A stretch of 64,000 nucleotides of DNA from an uncultured Chthonomonadaceae bacterium (GTDB taxonomy: Bacteria; Armatimonadota; Chthonomonadetes; Chthonomonadales; Chthonomonadaceae), in assembly GCA_963835065.1 (NCBI GenBank), contig CAWIEK010000037.1, positions 1 to 64,000 on the forward strand, in the 5' to 3' direction. The notes under the pieces were generated by a model. It did not search any database, was not told the origin of the DNA, and saw only the letters and a list, made by a program, of their open reading frames with translations. Numbering within the stretch: the first letter of the stretch is position 1; each line of letters opens with the position of its first letter. The translations under genes and the position numbers were made by a program. Shown one piece after another: positions 51,457 to 62,490 of this stretch.

Positions 51457-52707
51457 ATGGCGCGTTCGGTTCGCGTGATGCACTTTGCCGATACCCATTT
51501 CGGCGTGGAATTGTATGGGCGGCTGGACCCGGATACCGGCCTGAATTCCCGATTAAAGGATTTCAAGCAGTCGCTGCTGAAGGCCATTGACCTGGCATTG
51601 GAAGCCGAGATTGATCTGGCGGTCTTTGCCGGGGATGCGTACAAAACCCGTGACCCGCGCCAGACCGATCAGCGCGAATTTGCGGATTGTATTCGACGGT
51701 TGACGACCAACAACATTCCCGTCGTGATGATCGCGGGCAACCACGACATGCCGGCGGTGCGCGGGCGCGCGAACGCGGTGGAGATTTACCATACGCTGGG
51801 CGTGGAAAACGTGCATGTGCTGCGCAAGCCGGAAACCCTTCTGGTGCATACCCGCGCCGGGCAGGTTCGCGTGGCCGCGATGCCGTACCTGATTAAAGGC
51901 TACTCCGTTGCCCGCGACGAGTTTCAGAACAAGACCATTGATGAAACCCGCCTCCTGCTGGAACAAAAGTACGCCGACTATCTGCAATTGCTTGCCGATG
52001 AAGTGCGCGAAGCCAACGACGCGATACCCACGATTCTGCTTGGACACTTTTGGGCGAATGGCGCGAAACTGTCCACCTGGCAGGAGGGCTATTTTACGAT
52101 GGGCGAGCCGAAGGTGGCGCTTGCCAGCCTGACCGACCCTGCTTTCGATTACGTCGCGCTTGGGCATATTCACAAGCATCAGGACTTGAATAAGAACGGC
52201 CAGCCGCATGTCGTGTATTCCGGCAGCCCGGACCGCATTGATTTTGGCGAAAAGGACGAGCGCAAGGGCTTTGTGCTGGTAGACTTGTATAAGGGCGGCG
52301 CGGATTACAAGTTTATCCCCGTAGACGAGGGGCGCGAACTGCTTGAAATCGAAGTGGATTGCGAGGGCGACGAGCCGACCGAAAAAATCATTGCCGAAGT
52401 TAAGAAACACGCGCTGCGCAACAACATCGTCAAGCTGACCTACAAAATTGACCATGCCAAACTGCCGCAAATCCGCGAACGCGACATCCGCGATGCCCTC
52501 GCTCCCGCTTTTATGGTGGTTTCCATCAACCGCAAGGTGCAGCGCCAGGATCGGGAACGGGGCCGCGCCTTCACGGAAAGCATCAGCCCCCGCGAAGCCC
52601 TGAACCTGTTCATAGACGCCAACGACAAACTCAAGCCCCGCAAAGACGACCTTCTCACCTACGCCGAACCGCTGTTTAAGGAGTTGGCGGAGGAGGAAGG
52701 ATACTGA
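51457..52707 (+). CDS. sbcD: Exonuclease SbcCD subunit D
   Basis: HFADTHFG, AGDAY, AGNHD, DYVALGHIH, YSGS..RIDFGE. Confidence 0.93.
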   Translation: MARSVRVMHFADTHFGVELYGRLDPDTGLNSRLKDFKQSLLKAIDLALEAEIDLAVFAGDAYKTRDPRQTDQREFADCIRRLTTNNIPVVMIAGNHDMPAVRGRANAVEIYHTLGVENVHVLRKPETLLVHTRAGQVRVAAMPYLIKGYSVARDEFQNKTIDETRLLLEQKYADYLQLLADEVREANDAIPTILLGHFWANGAKLSTWQEGYFTMGEPKVALASLTDPAFDYVALGHIHKHQDLNKNGQPHVVYSGSPDRIDFGEKDERKGFVLVDLYKGGADYKFIPVDEGRELLEIEVDCEGDEPTEKIIAEVKKHALRNNIVKLTYKIDHAKLPQIRERDIRDALAPAFMVVSINRKVQRQDRERGRAFTESISPREALNLFIDANDKLKPRKDDLLTYAEPLFKELAEEEGY

Positions 52708-52711
52708 GGAG

Positions 52712-52831
52712 AGTAGTCAGTAGCCAGTAGTCAGTAGTCAGTAGAACGTCTCTATTGGCAGCCGTGTGCAAACATGCAACACAGAGAAAACAGCATTTCT
52801 ACTGGCTACTGACTACTGGCTACTGACTACT
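52712..52831. repeat. Inverted heptamer repeat (AGTAGTC)5...(GACTACT)5 between sbcD and sbcC
   Basis: 35-bp arms 52712-52746 and 52797-52831 with one mismatch. Confidence 0.92.
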
Positions 52832-52837
52832 TCTATT

Positions 52838-55397
52838 ATGATTCCTACCAAACTGACCCTGAAAAACTTCATGAGCTATGGAGCCGAGCCGGTGACGCTG
52901 CCGTTTGAGGGGCTGCATGTCGCCTGCCTGTCGGGGGACAACGGCAACGGCAAGTCCGCCATTCTGGACGCGATTACGTGGGCGCTGTGGGACAAAACAC
53001 GCGCCCCAAGCAAGGATGACGTGATTCGCGTGGGCGCGGACGAAGTAGAGGTTCAGTTCGAGTTTGACCTGAATGAGCAGCATTACCGCGTGATTAAGAA
53101 GCGGCGGCGGGGCAAGGCGACGGGCAGCGAGTGGCAGCTTGCGCAGCGCGACAGCCTGGGCAATTATACGCCTGTCGGCGGCAGCAATCAGCGCGAAGTG
53201 GGCAGGCAGATCGTGCAGCTGCTGAGTATGGAGTACGAGACGTTTCTCAATTCCGCGTATTTGCAGCAGGGCCATGCCGATGAGTTTACGCGGCAATCGC
53301 CCGACAAGCGCAAGCAGATTTTGGGCGAGATTTTGGGATTGGAGCGTTATGCGCGCTTAGAAGAAAAAGCGCGCGAACGCATGAAGGAGCGCAAGGAAGC
53401 CGTCGAAGAACTGGAAATGCAGATACGGCTGCTCGAACTCGGAAGTCGCCAATTTGCCTTCGTATGAAGAGCAGTTAGAGCAGACGCGGCTGCGATTGGG
53501 CGAAACGGCATCGCTTGTGGAAAAGCAGGAGGCTGTCACCACGAACCTGCGCGAACGCAAGGCGCAACTGGACGCGCTTGCCGGGCAGGTGGAGCAGGCG
53601 CGGGGTGTTGTGCAGCGCATTGTGGAAGACATCAAACTGCGCGAGGCCGAGCGGTGCAATCAGCTTGCGCAGTTGGAAAAGCTGCAAAAAACAGTTGCGC
53701 AGAAGGAAGCCATTGCAGGCGATTACGCCCAATTGCAAAACGCTTACAAGCGGCGCGATATTTTGGAGCCGGAAATTGAAGCGTTCAACAAGGCCAACAA
53801 GGATTTAAGCACGGTCATCGGCACAATTGACGGCCTGGAAAAAGAACTGCGCGGCGAAATCCGCCTGTTTGAAAACAAAGCGCAGACAGCCGAGGAGCGG
53901 AACCGGGAACGCGCCAAGCTGGAAACGCAGATTGCCACGCTGCGCGACGGCCTGACAGACAGCAAGAGCGTGGAAGCCGAACTCGCCCGCGTCCTTATTC
54001 TGCAGGAAGAAACGCAGCAATCTTTTGCCGACCTGAGCGCGCGCAATAAGGAATTGACAGCCGCGCTTGCCGAACTGGACGAAGTGTTGGAACTGCTGAA
54101 AGGGCCTCACGCTTCCTGCCCGGTTTGCGAAAGCGATTTGAGCGGCAAAAAGCACGAGGCGGTACTGGCGCGGCAGCAGGCCAAGAAAACGCAGATGCAG
54201 CAGGAGCAGAAACAGGTTCGGCAGGACGGCGCGGCGAAAAAGCAATCTCTGACGCAGGTTCAGGAGCAGGCCGCAATGCTGACAAAGCAGCGCGACGAGC
54301 AGACCGCCCGCGCCAATCGTCTGCGCGACCTGACCGCCCGACTGGAAACTTATGCGCAAGCCGCGTCGGAACTGGAAGCCGCGCGTAAGAACCTGAGCGT
54401 CCTGCAAACGCGGCTGAATACGAACGATTACGCGGCTCCGCAGCGCCTGCAGCGGCAACGCCTGGAGCGCGAACTGGATCGGCTGAAACTGGCGCGTCAG
54501 GAATACGAAGTTGTAAGACAGCAAATTACGCGCCTGGAGCCCAGCAGCAAGCGTATCCATGAACTGCAGCAGGCGGAAGACGCCTTGCCGCAAGCCCTTG
54601 CGGAAAAAGCGCGGCTGGAACAAGTCCTAATCGGCAAAAACAAGGAACGGCAGGAAGCGGAAGACCGTCGAAACCAATTACAAGAGCGGTTGGGACAGTA
54701 CGAGGAAATCAAGCGGCAGGCGGCGGTTGCGGAAGCGGATTTTGCCCGGCTGCGAGAGGAATTCAATAGCCTGAAAATTAGGGAAGGCAGTTTTGTTAAG
54801 TATATTGCTGACTGCGCGGGCGCGGCCATTCAGAAAAAAGACCGGGAAAAGGAACGCGCCAAAGCCGATGATGAGAAACGGCTGTACACCGCGCTGGCAA
54901 ATGCGTTCGGCAGAAAAGGCGTACAGGCGCTGATTATCGAAAACGCCATTCCCGAATTGCAGGACGAAGCCAATACGCTTCTGGCGCGGATTACCGATAA
55001 TGCCATGCAGGTGATGTTCCATACCACCAAAATCCTGAAATCGTCCAAAGAAGAAGCGGAAACGCTGGACATTGAAGTAATGGACGACCTGGGTTCGCGC
55101 CCGTATGAAATGTTCAGCGGGGGCGAAGCGTTCCGCGTCAATTTCGCCATTCGCATTGCCCTGTCGCGCCTGCTGGCCCGTCGTTCGGGGGCGCGTCTGC
55201 AAACCCTGATACTGGACGAAGGTTTCGGCTCACAGGACGGCAAAGGACGCGAAAAATTAATCGAAGCGATAGACGGCATCAAGGAAGATTTCGAGAAAAT
55301 CTTAGTCATTACGCACGTGGACGAGCTAAAAGATGCGTTCTCGCAGCGTATTGAAGTGACAAAAGACGCCAACGGCTCCCACATTCACGTCATGTAG
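52838..55397 (+). CDS. sbcC: SMC-like ATPase SbcC (1-nt frameshift near 53440)
   Basis: LKNFMSY, GDNGNGKS, zinc hook CPVC, FSGGE, LILDEGFG, VITH. Confidence 0.93.
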
Positions 55398-55463
55398 TTA
55401 GGGTTTTATGGTTTTAGGGTTCTATGGCGCACTACTAAAACAAATTTTGAATGTTCTAAGATA

Positions 55464-55778
55464 ATGGGGGGTATGTCAATGGCAGAAGCGCCAGTAACTT
55501 CAGCTGCGGCAGAAGAACTTCGTCTTCCTACTGGAACTGACAATACGGAAGATACGGCTAATGCTCGACAGGCGTTACATGAGTCTTGCAATTTGTCTGC
55601 CTGCGTTGAAAGCGATACAAACGCCTGCGCCTCGCGCTTTTACGAGTTAGTAGATAAAGAGTTTCTTAGTATCTTAACTTCGGAAGAAATTAAGGAACTT
55701 GACGTTTTAACAAAGTGGCGCGATGACCAGAAATCTGCCTTTTACAGAAGCGTAGTTCTGGAACAGACAATGGAGTAG
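55464..55778 (+). CDS. Hypothetical protein upstream of the HNH nuclease
   Basis: AT-richer ORF ending 9 nt before the HNH start. Confidence 0.55.
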   Translation: MGGMSMAEAPVTSAAAEELRLPTGTDNTEDTANARQALHESCNLSACVESDTNACASRFYELVDKEFLSILTSEEIKELDVLTKWRDDQKSAFYRSVVLEQTME

Positions 55779-55787
55779 TAGACGTAT

Positions 55788-56289
55788 ATGGGACGCTTTG
55801 AACGCGCGAGGCCCGCCCCTGATGTTGACGGAACGAAGTATGACCGCTTTCAAGAATTTGTCCGCGCCGATTTTGAGCAATGTTGCGCTTATTGTTACTT
55901 GCACGAAGATCATATCGGCGGGCAACGGCATTTTGAAATAGATCATTTTTGCCCACGTAAACCTTGCCCGGATAAAGTAGACGATTATTACAATCTATAC
56001 TGGTGCTGTCACGGGTGTAATAAAGCCCGGTTGTAAACACGCGCACTGGCCCAGCGCGGAACTCATTGCGTTAGGCTACGGCTTTGTTGATTTGTGCGAA
56101 GACCATTTTGAAGACCATTACTCTCTCCTGCCGGATGGCACACTAAATGCTCTTACCAAAAAAGCAGAGTACACCATCCGGCATATAGGCTTAAACTGTA
56201 GCGACTTGAAACGCCTCCGCGCTCGTTTACAGCAGCAGAAGCAACGCATGGATGCCGGGTACATCCTTCGCCAACAGCCAGATGAGTGA
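55788..56289 (+). CDS. HNH endonuclease (frameshifted near 56030)
   Basis: CAYC, EIDHFCP, YYNLYWCCHGCN; tail AEYTIRHIGLN..LKRLR in the next ORF. Confidence 0.85.
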
Positions 56290-56411
56290 TGAATTGCGAA
56301 GGCACTGACAGGTTTTGTGCTGAGTAACTACTCATAAGCAACCGGATATACATTCCGGTGAGTACCAAACGACAACATTCCACAGTTTATCTTTTACAGT
56401 GAGGTTGACAG

Positions 56412-56723
56412 ATGAGTACAGCAACAATGGCCCCGGAGCGTACCACGACGATTTTGCCCGAACGGGAAGATCGGCGGCTGGACGATTATAACGGCAGCGG
56501 CTATATCGTGATCGTGTATGACAACGACACCAACAAGGTGGATGAGGTCATCAGCATTTTGATGCAGGCGACGGCCTGTACGCAGGAAGAAGCGGAAATC
56601 GAAACGTGGGAAGTGGACACGCTCGGCAAGTCAGTCGTGCATCATGGCAGTGAGCCGGAGTGCGAGCGGGCGGCAAGCATCATTCGCACCATCGGTATTC
56701 GCGTCGAAGTGGTCGAGGAGTGA
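56412..56723 (+). CDS. clpS: ATP-dependent Clp protease adaptor ClpS
   Basis: YIVIVYDNDTN..DEVI..L...EEA...WEVD..GKSVV. Confidence 0.85.
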   Translation: MSTATMAPERTTTILPEREDRRLDDYNGSGYIVIVYDNDTNKVDEVISILMQATACTQEEAEIETWEVDTLGKSVVHHGSEPECERAASIIRTIGIRVEVVEE

Positions 56724-56738
56724 ACGCGCAGCGCGCCT

Positions 56739-59552
56739 ATGTTTTCCATACCTCGTTTGCCCAACCCTTACCTGAGCGCGTTTGCCGCCCTGCGGACTAG
56801 CGCGGACATTGCCGACTGCCTGCACTTCGAGCGGAACAAGCTGCTGGACACGTTGCGGCAGCCATCCGCTCTGGCATCTGCTATGGACAGGAAAGGGGAA
56901 GTTCCGCATCAGGAGGCACGGGGACTGGCCTTCTGCCATGCCCTGAGCGACCTGATGGACGCTTTTTTGCTGCGCCTGCTGACACTTGCCTGTGAGCGCG
57001 TGGGCGTGGATTGGTGTTCGCTGTCGCTGTCGCTGATTGCGACGGGCGGGTATGGCCGGCGCGAACTCTGCCCCTTTTCCGATATTGACATTACGTTTAT
57101 CCCTCTCCGTGACGCCGACCCCCGCATTGACAAACTGATACGCGACCTGTTTACCCAAATAATGGACGTTTGCATCGGCAAATGCGGCCTGAAAGTTGGC
57201 TACGGCTACCGGCTGTTGGATGACTGCGCCAATTTAGACCATCAAACCGCAAGCGGCCTGCTGGATGCCCGCTTGATTGCCGGAAGCGAGCGCTTGTTCA
57301 TTCAGTTTGAAGATGCGTTTTGGACGGGTTTCAATTCCGCCGATTTTATTTTTGCCAAGCTGGCCGAACGGCGGCAAATGCTGGCGAAATGGGGGGATTT
57401 GCCGCGCGTTGTGGAGCCGCAGCTGAAGGAGGGCGCGGGAGGGCTGCGCGACATTCATACCGCCCTGTGGCTGGCGCAGGCGCGCGAGAATTTTGCCGCT
57501 GCGCGGATGCGCGGAACGCGCGGGCTGGAAATGCTGCAGCGCGAACAGTATCTCAGCGCGGAAGAAGCGCAGCGGCTTGGACTGGCGCGCGAAAAATTGC
57601 TGCAATGCCGGAACCTGCTGCATGTGTTGAGCGGGGGAGCGCGCGACCTGCTGGCGCGTACCCGGCAGGAAGATATTGCCGAGCATCTGGGATATGACCG
57701 GGCAGACTTAAACCGGGAGTCGCCGCCTGTGGAGCGGTTCATGGCGGATTTGTACCCGCATCTGGCGTTTGCGCGGCGCATGGCGGAGCATGTGATGCAG
57801 CGCGTGGAAAACAGCCGCCTGATGTTGGGTATCGGGCTGGATTGCCGCCGCCGCCGCATCGTGCCCGCAAACGGCGCATTGGAAACGGATGATCCGACGT
57901 GGCTGCTGTGGGCGTGCGAACTGGCGCAAAAATACGACCTGGCCTTCCATTACCGATTGGAACAAGCCTGCGCCGAATTGCTGGACATCCACCCGGAAGT
58001 GGCCGACCCGCTGACGGCGGCGCAGATGTTTACCCGCATCCTGAGCAAAACCGGCAAGGTTGCGCCCATTGTGCAGCGCATGGCGGAATTGGGCATCTTG
58101 GGCTGGTTTGTACCGGAATTTGGCCGAATCATGGACTTAATTCCGTATGACCCGTCTCACGAATACACGGTTGGACAGCATACCCTCCGGCTTCTGCACT
58201 ACCTGGATCAGTTGACCGACGAGCGCGAAAACAACTCCTTAACGCGGCAGGCGGGCGAGGAATGGCCGGACATGCGGCAAGTGCTGCGGCAACTGGGCCA
58301 CCCGGAGCAGTTGGCGCTTGCCATTCTGCTGCACGACTGCGGCAAGTCGCTGCCGGGCGGAACGCACATGGATGTGGGCGCGGAAATCGCCGAGCGCATA
58401 TGCCGGCGTTTGGGATGGGAGGCGACAGCAACCGCGAATGTCGTGTTTCTTGTCCGTCACCATTTGCTGATGGCCGAAACCTCGCGCTGGCGCGATTTGA
58501 ATTTGGAAGAAACCCTTCAGGATTTTGTACGCATTGTGGACGATCCTGACCGTCTGGACATGCTGTACCTGCTGACGTATGTGGATACGCGGGCGGTTGG
58601 CGAAAACGTGTGGTCGCAGGTGAATGGCCGGTTTCTGAACGAACTTTGGCGGCGAGCGGCGGAAATCCTGAACGCGCAGGCGGCTGTCGCGCCCGAAGCG
58701 GAGCGGGTGGCGCGGGCGCGTACGCGCATGGTTAAAAACCTGAAACTGGAGAACCTGCCCGAAGCGGAAGTGACGGAACACGTTCAGTTGATGCCGCCGC
58801 ACTATCTGCTCAATCAGAGTCAAGAGCGGATTGCCCTGCACATTGGCATGGTGCGGCGGGCGCGGCAGGGCGAGTGCGTGGTTGATTTTTATGATGCGCG
58901 GGACGCCACGTACTCGGAACTGACCGTTTGTACGATTGACGACCCGCAGCCGGGCCTGCTTGCCAAAATCGCCGCCGTGCTGTACGCGGGTGAACTGACG
59001 GTACACAGCGCGCAGGTGTTTACCCGCGCGGATGCGCGGGATCGAATCGCGCTGGATACGCTGTGGGTGGATTTTCGCGGGCGGCAATTGTCGCCGGGAA
59101 AGCAGGGCGAGATTACGGGCTGGCTGCAAAGCGTCATAAAGGGAAAGTTGTCCATCCCGGATGTGTTGAAAAAGCGACGGGTAATAGGCCGAGCGTCCGG
59201 TACGCCGCCTGCCGGGTTGCTGAAATCGGCTGCCGCGTTGGGAACAGCCGAATCGCCGACCTCGGTATTGGCAAACGAGCCAGAGATGGGACGTGCGACC
59301 AGCGTCCTGAGCGTTCACCATGATCTCGCGGGCGCGCTGACCTTTGTGGAAACCGAGGACACGGACATGATGGGCGGGCTGTTTTGGACGAGTCAGGCAT
59401 TGGCAAATCTCGGTTGGGATATTCAAAGCGCCCGCGTCAGCGTGTGGCATGGCATGGCGCGCGCTTCTTTTTACGTTGCGGGCGCGCGGGCGCTGTCGGA
59501 AACCGAAACGCGCCATCTGCTCACGCAGGCGTTATCCAACCCGATCCCTTGA
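56739..59552 (+). CDS. glnD: [Protein-PII] uridylyltransferase
   Basis: ATGGYGRRELCPFSDIDI, EPQLKEGAGGLRDI, HEYTVGQH, LLHDCGK, ACT domain (DQPGLL-like). Confidence 0.93.
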   Translation: MFSIPRLPNPYLSAFAALRTSADIADCLHFERNKLLDTLRQPSALASAMDRKGEVPHQEARGLAFCHALSDLMDAFLLRLLTLACERVGVDWCSLSLSLIATGGYGRRELCPFSDIDITFIPLRDADPRIDKLIRDLFTQIMDVCIGKCGLKVGYGYRLLDDCANLDHQTASGLLDARLIAGSERLFIQFEDAFWTGFNSADFIFAKLAERRQMLAKWGDLPRVVEPQLKEGAGGLRDIHTALWLAQARENFAAARMRGTRGLEMLQREQYLSAEEAQRLGLAREKLLQCRNLLHVLSGGARDLLARTRQEDIAEHLGYDRADLNRESPPVERFMADLYPHLAFARRMAEHVMQRVENSRLMLGIGLDCRRRRIVPANGALETDDPTWLLWACELAQKYDLAFHYRLEQACAELLDIHPEVADPLTAAQMFTRILSKTGKVAPIVQRMAELGILGWFVPEFGRIMDLIPYDPSHEYTVGQHTLRLLHYLDQLTDERENNSLTRQAGEEWPDMRQVLRQLGHPEQLALAILLHDCGKSLPGGTHMDVGAEIAERICRRLGWEATATANVVFLVRHHLLMAETSRWRDLNLEETLQDFVRIVDDPDRLDMLYLLTYVDTRAVGENVWSQVNGRFLNELWRRAAEILNAQAAVAPEAERVARARTRMVKNLKLENLPEAEVTEHVQLMPPHYLLNQSQERIALHIGMVRRARQGECVVDFYDARDATYSELTVCTIDDPQPGLLAKIAAVLYAGELTVHSAQVFTRADARDRIALDTLWVDFRGRQLSPGKQGEITGWLQSVIKGKLSIPDVLKKRRVIGRASGTPPAGLLKSAAALGTAESPTSVLANEPEMGRATSVLSVHHDLAGALTFVETEDTDMMGGLFWTSQALANLGWDIQSARVSVWHGMARASFYVAGARALSETETRHLLTQALSNPIP

Positions 59553-59577
59553 CAGCAGGGGAAATGGGTATTATACT
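59549..59577 (+). promoter_or_regulatory. sigma70 promoter overlapping the glnD stop
   Basis: TTGACA-N17-TATACT. Confidence 0.7.
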
Positions 59578-59721
59578 GAACATAGGGACAGGCTGCTCTT
59601 GCGGTGTCCTGTTCCTATAGAAAGCCCTTGCGATGCGCGGTGATTCGCTCTGGCTTGTCCTTCATTCCCATTCATTTTGCTGCGATGATGCAGAAGGTTT
59701 GTTCTCAGGAGGTTTGTGATT

Positions 59722-60195
59722 ATGAAGCGAGGTTACAGTGCTTCGACGTTTATTCTCGTCGCGATGCTGCTGGGCGTTCTGGTGTGGATTGGCAGCAAGG
59801 TAAATCCCCCGCCTGCGGGCGGGCATGACGATCATGATGAGGCGAAGGCAGCAGCGGCTTCGCAGCCGCCGGAGCCTAAAATGGCTCCCATGCCCAAGAA
59901 TATAGACCAGAAATCCGGCAAAAAGGTGCTGCCTGTAGAAGCCGCTCCGACTTCAGCGGGCCTTGCGTCGGCAGGATCGCCGACGGCTGTGGGTACGCCA
60001 ACATCGGGCGGCGCTCCGACTTCCGGGGCAACCACGACGATGCCGGCTTCCTCGAAAGAATACATGGACAAAATGAAGGCGCACATGCCTATGTCGTCTG
60101 GCGCGGCTCGCAAGCCCGACGGCATGGACGCAACGTTCTGGCGCGAACATGACATGGGCACGGTCACGCCCGCTCCCGACCCGAAACCGCATTAA
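59722..60195 (+). CDS. Membrane-anchored low-complexity hypothetical protein
   Basis: AGGAGG RBS; N-terminal TM; Pro/Ala/Thr-rich. Confidence 0.7.
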   Translation: MKRGYSASTFILVAMLLGVLVWIGSKVNPPPAGGHDDHDEAKAAAASQPPEPKMAPMPKNIDQKSGKKVLPVEAAPTSAGLASAGSPTAVGTPTSGGAPTSGATTTMPASSKEYMDKMKAHMPMSSGAARKPDGMDATFWREHDMGTVTPAPDPKPH

Positions 60196-60212
60196 GCGCC
60201 TATCTCGAATGG

Positions 60213-60255
60213 CCCTCAACCCCTGGCCCCTTCTCCCAACTTTGGGAGAAGGGGA
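60213..60255 (+). repeat. REP-like palindromic element
   Basis: CCCTCAACCCCTGGCCCCTTCTCCCAA-C-TTTGGGAGAAGGGG. Confidence 0.7.
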
Positions 60256-60389
60256 ATTTATTGGAAATAGGTTCTAATCCTTCCGCGCTAAATGCAGGTC
60301 AGCCCTCGTCTATACTCTTGTAGGCGAGGGCTATATTTGGGGCGGAAGAATCTTTTTCACGGATAATACTTGTTTTTTGCGAATCCTAC

Positions 60390-60418
60390 TTGACAAGCCA
60401 ATGAGATTATGCTAGGAT
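60390..60418 (+). promoter_or_regulatory. sigma70 promoter (extended -10)
   Basis: TTGACA-N17-TAGGAT with TG at the extended position. Confidence 0.65.
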
Positions 60419-60661
60419 ATTCCAACTACCACAAATCCACATTTTCACGCAACATCTATACCTCACCTTGCTGTCAGGTCGCATTGGAACTACCCTGAGT
60501 ATCATTGCTGTATGCAGCCGACGCCGCGTTACTATCGCGCCGAGGCTTTCCTTCTGAATCTCACAATTTTGTAGTGGCCGGACGCCTGCTTTCCCCTGCG
60601 CTGGAAGCAACGCCGGTGAAGTTTGGGCATTTCACTTTCCGTTATATTTCAAGGAGGCGAC

Positions 60662-62416
60662 ATGAAGAGAATGGCTTGCGCGCTCGCGCTGACTGCGGGC
60701 GTGAGCCTCGGAGCAGGCATGACCGCTACGGCGGCGCTTGCGGAAACGATTGTCACGCCGGCTGCCAGTGGCCTGGCGCTGACCGTCAACACCGTCGGAA
60801 CCCTGCCCTCGGATGCTCCGTTCGCGCTGGACGTGCGGTTCGAGGGCGGCAGCCTGCGGCAGGTGGAACTGCTGATTGATGGCGTGACCGTCAAGAAGAA
60901 GAGCCTTTCCACGCGGGGCAGCCGGGGACATCTGGAATTCCAGATGGAAGCCGGCCTGCTCAGCGAAGGCGCGCACGACATTCTCATCAAAGCACAGGAC
61001 GCGGACGGCAATACGGCCACAGCAACCACGCAGATCAAGATCACGGCGGGCGCGTCGGGAATGGTGAAGTTCCAGTTCCCGAAAAACAAGGCGATGGTGC
61101 AGGGCGTCGTCCCTATCGAAATCAAACTGGACCCGTCCATTCACAATCCCTACGTCAGTTTCTTCATTGACGACGTGTTTCTTTCCCTGACCAACTACGC
61201 GCCCTTCAGCGTGAACTGGGACAGCAGCCGCGTCACCAACGGCCAGCATACGGTGGCCGTAGAAGTGTACGATGGCGATACGCTTGCGAAAGTAAAAGCC
61301 ACGAGCCTGCAAATCACGGTGAACAATCCGGGCGGCTTGACCAATCGCCAGAAAGACACGCCGGATTTGGGTAAGCCGCAGTCTGCCGACCCCTCCCGCG
61401 CGAAAATCAACGGCGTCACGGAAGCCATAGACGCCAGCCGCTACAGCGCCGCTCCTCATTCCAATCTGGCGTTTACCGCGCCCGATTCCATGGTGTCGCG
61501 CCTGATGGCTGCGCCCGCCGATACCACCCTGCTGCGCTCCTCCGAATCCCGCCCAGCGTCCGCGCTGGGAAACCGCCTCAACACCGCGCCCCCGGCCATG
61601 CCGAAAGTGACGCCGCTTACGCCGCAAGGCAAGGCCGACAATCTGCTGCCGATTCCTGCTATGCCGGGTGAAACCTCCGTCGCAAAGCCGAACGCGCTTG
61701 CCAACATTGACCGCAGTGATGCCAGAGCCGACAATGCCCGCGTCAAAGTGAACAAGCCCGGCCTGATGGGAATGGTTGCCACGCCGAGCGAGTTTGCGGG
61801 CTTCCGCGCTCCCATGCCCATGACTTCGCGCCTGGCTCCCACCGCCCTGCGCCCGCGTCGCGCCGGCAACATGGCCGCCCGCCCCGCATTCACAATGGAC
61901 AACGCGCCTGCAAGCGCGCCCGCCCTTTTCCCAACGCCCCGCATGGCCGCTGTTCGCCCGCTTGCGCCTGCCGCAGACAAAACTGTTACGCGCATTGCGC
62001 CAATCAAAATCGCGCGCAGCACACCGGCTCTGATCGGACCGGGCGCAATTCGGGGCAAGGGACGCACCATGCAGATCGCGTTCGACAATACGCGCATCGC
62101 CTTCGACGTGCAGCCCCGCGTGGAGCATGGCATGCCGCTTGCGCCGTTCCGCCAGATATTCGAGCATACGGGCGGCACGATCCAGTGGTTCAACCAGTCC
62201 AAAACCCTCCGCGCCTTCAGCAGCACCCGCGAGATCGAGTTCAAAGTGGGCGAGGACAAGGCGAAAGTGAACAACCAGACGGTCAAGATGGAGGCGAAAA
62301 CGTACCTCGAAAAAGGCCGCACGATTGTCCCGCTCTCGTTCGTCCGCGACGCGATGGACGTGAACGTGTCCTATGACGCCACCACCGGCCATCTGCGCAT
62401 CGAAAGCAAGAAGTAA
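60662..62416 (+). CDS. Secreted Ig-like (Big_7-like) plus copper amine oxidase N-terminal (stalk) domain protein
   Basis: AAGGAGG RBS, signal peptide, APFSVNWDSSRVTNGQHT, PFRQIFEHTGGTIQW, GRTIVPLSFV. Confidence 0.85.
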   Translation: MKRMACALALTAGVSLGAGMTATAALAETIVTPAASGLALTVNTVGTLPSDAPFALDVRFEGGSLRQVELLIDGVTVKKKSLSTRGSRGHLEFQMEAGLLSEGAHDILIKAQDADGNTATATTQIKITAGASGMVKFQFPKNKAMVQGVVPIEIKLDPSIHNPYVSFFIDDVFLSLTNYAPFSVNWDSSRVTNGQHTVAVEVYDGDTLAKVKATSLQITVNNPGGLTNRQKDTPDLGKPQSADPSRAKINGVTEAIDASRYSAAPHSNLAFTAPDSMVSRLMAAPADTTLLRSSESRPASALGNRLNTAPPAMPKVTPLTPQGKADNLLPIPAMPGETSVAKPNALANIDRSDARADNARVKVNKPGLMGMVATPSEFAGFRAPMPMTSRLAPTALRPRRAGNMAARPAFTMDNAPASAPALFPTPRMAAVRPLAPAADKTVTRIAPIKIARSTPALIGPGAIRGKGRTMQIAFDNTRIAFDVQPRVEHGMPLAPFRQIFEHTGGTIQWFNQSKTLRAFSSTREIEFKVGEDKAKVNNQTVKMEAKTYLEKGRTIVPLSFVRDAMDVNVSYDATTGHLRIESKK

Positions 62417-62444
62417 CCGTTTACAACAGTTACTGCCTCACTTC

Positions 62445-62490
62445 AGCCCCTCTTCTGACCGCGCAACGCAGTCGGAAGAGGGGCTTTTGC
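62445..62490 (+). terminator. Intrinsic terminator
   Basis: AGCCCCTCTTCTGAC...GTCGGAAGAGGGGCTTTT. Confidence 0.8.

Noticed and set aside
2856..52831. Short repeats as a CRISPR array
   Set aside because: Periods are 7-9 nt with no unique spacers, and no cas genes are present.
53430..53467. Programmed frameshift in sbcC
   Set aside because: No slippery heptamer; consistent with the window-wide indel pattern.
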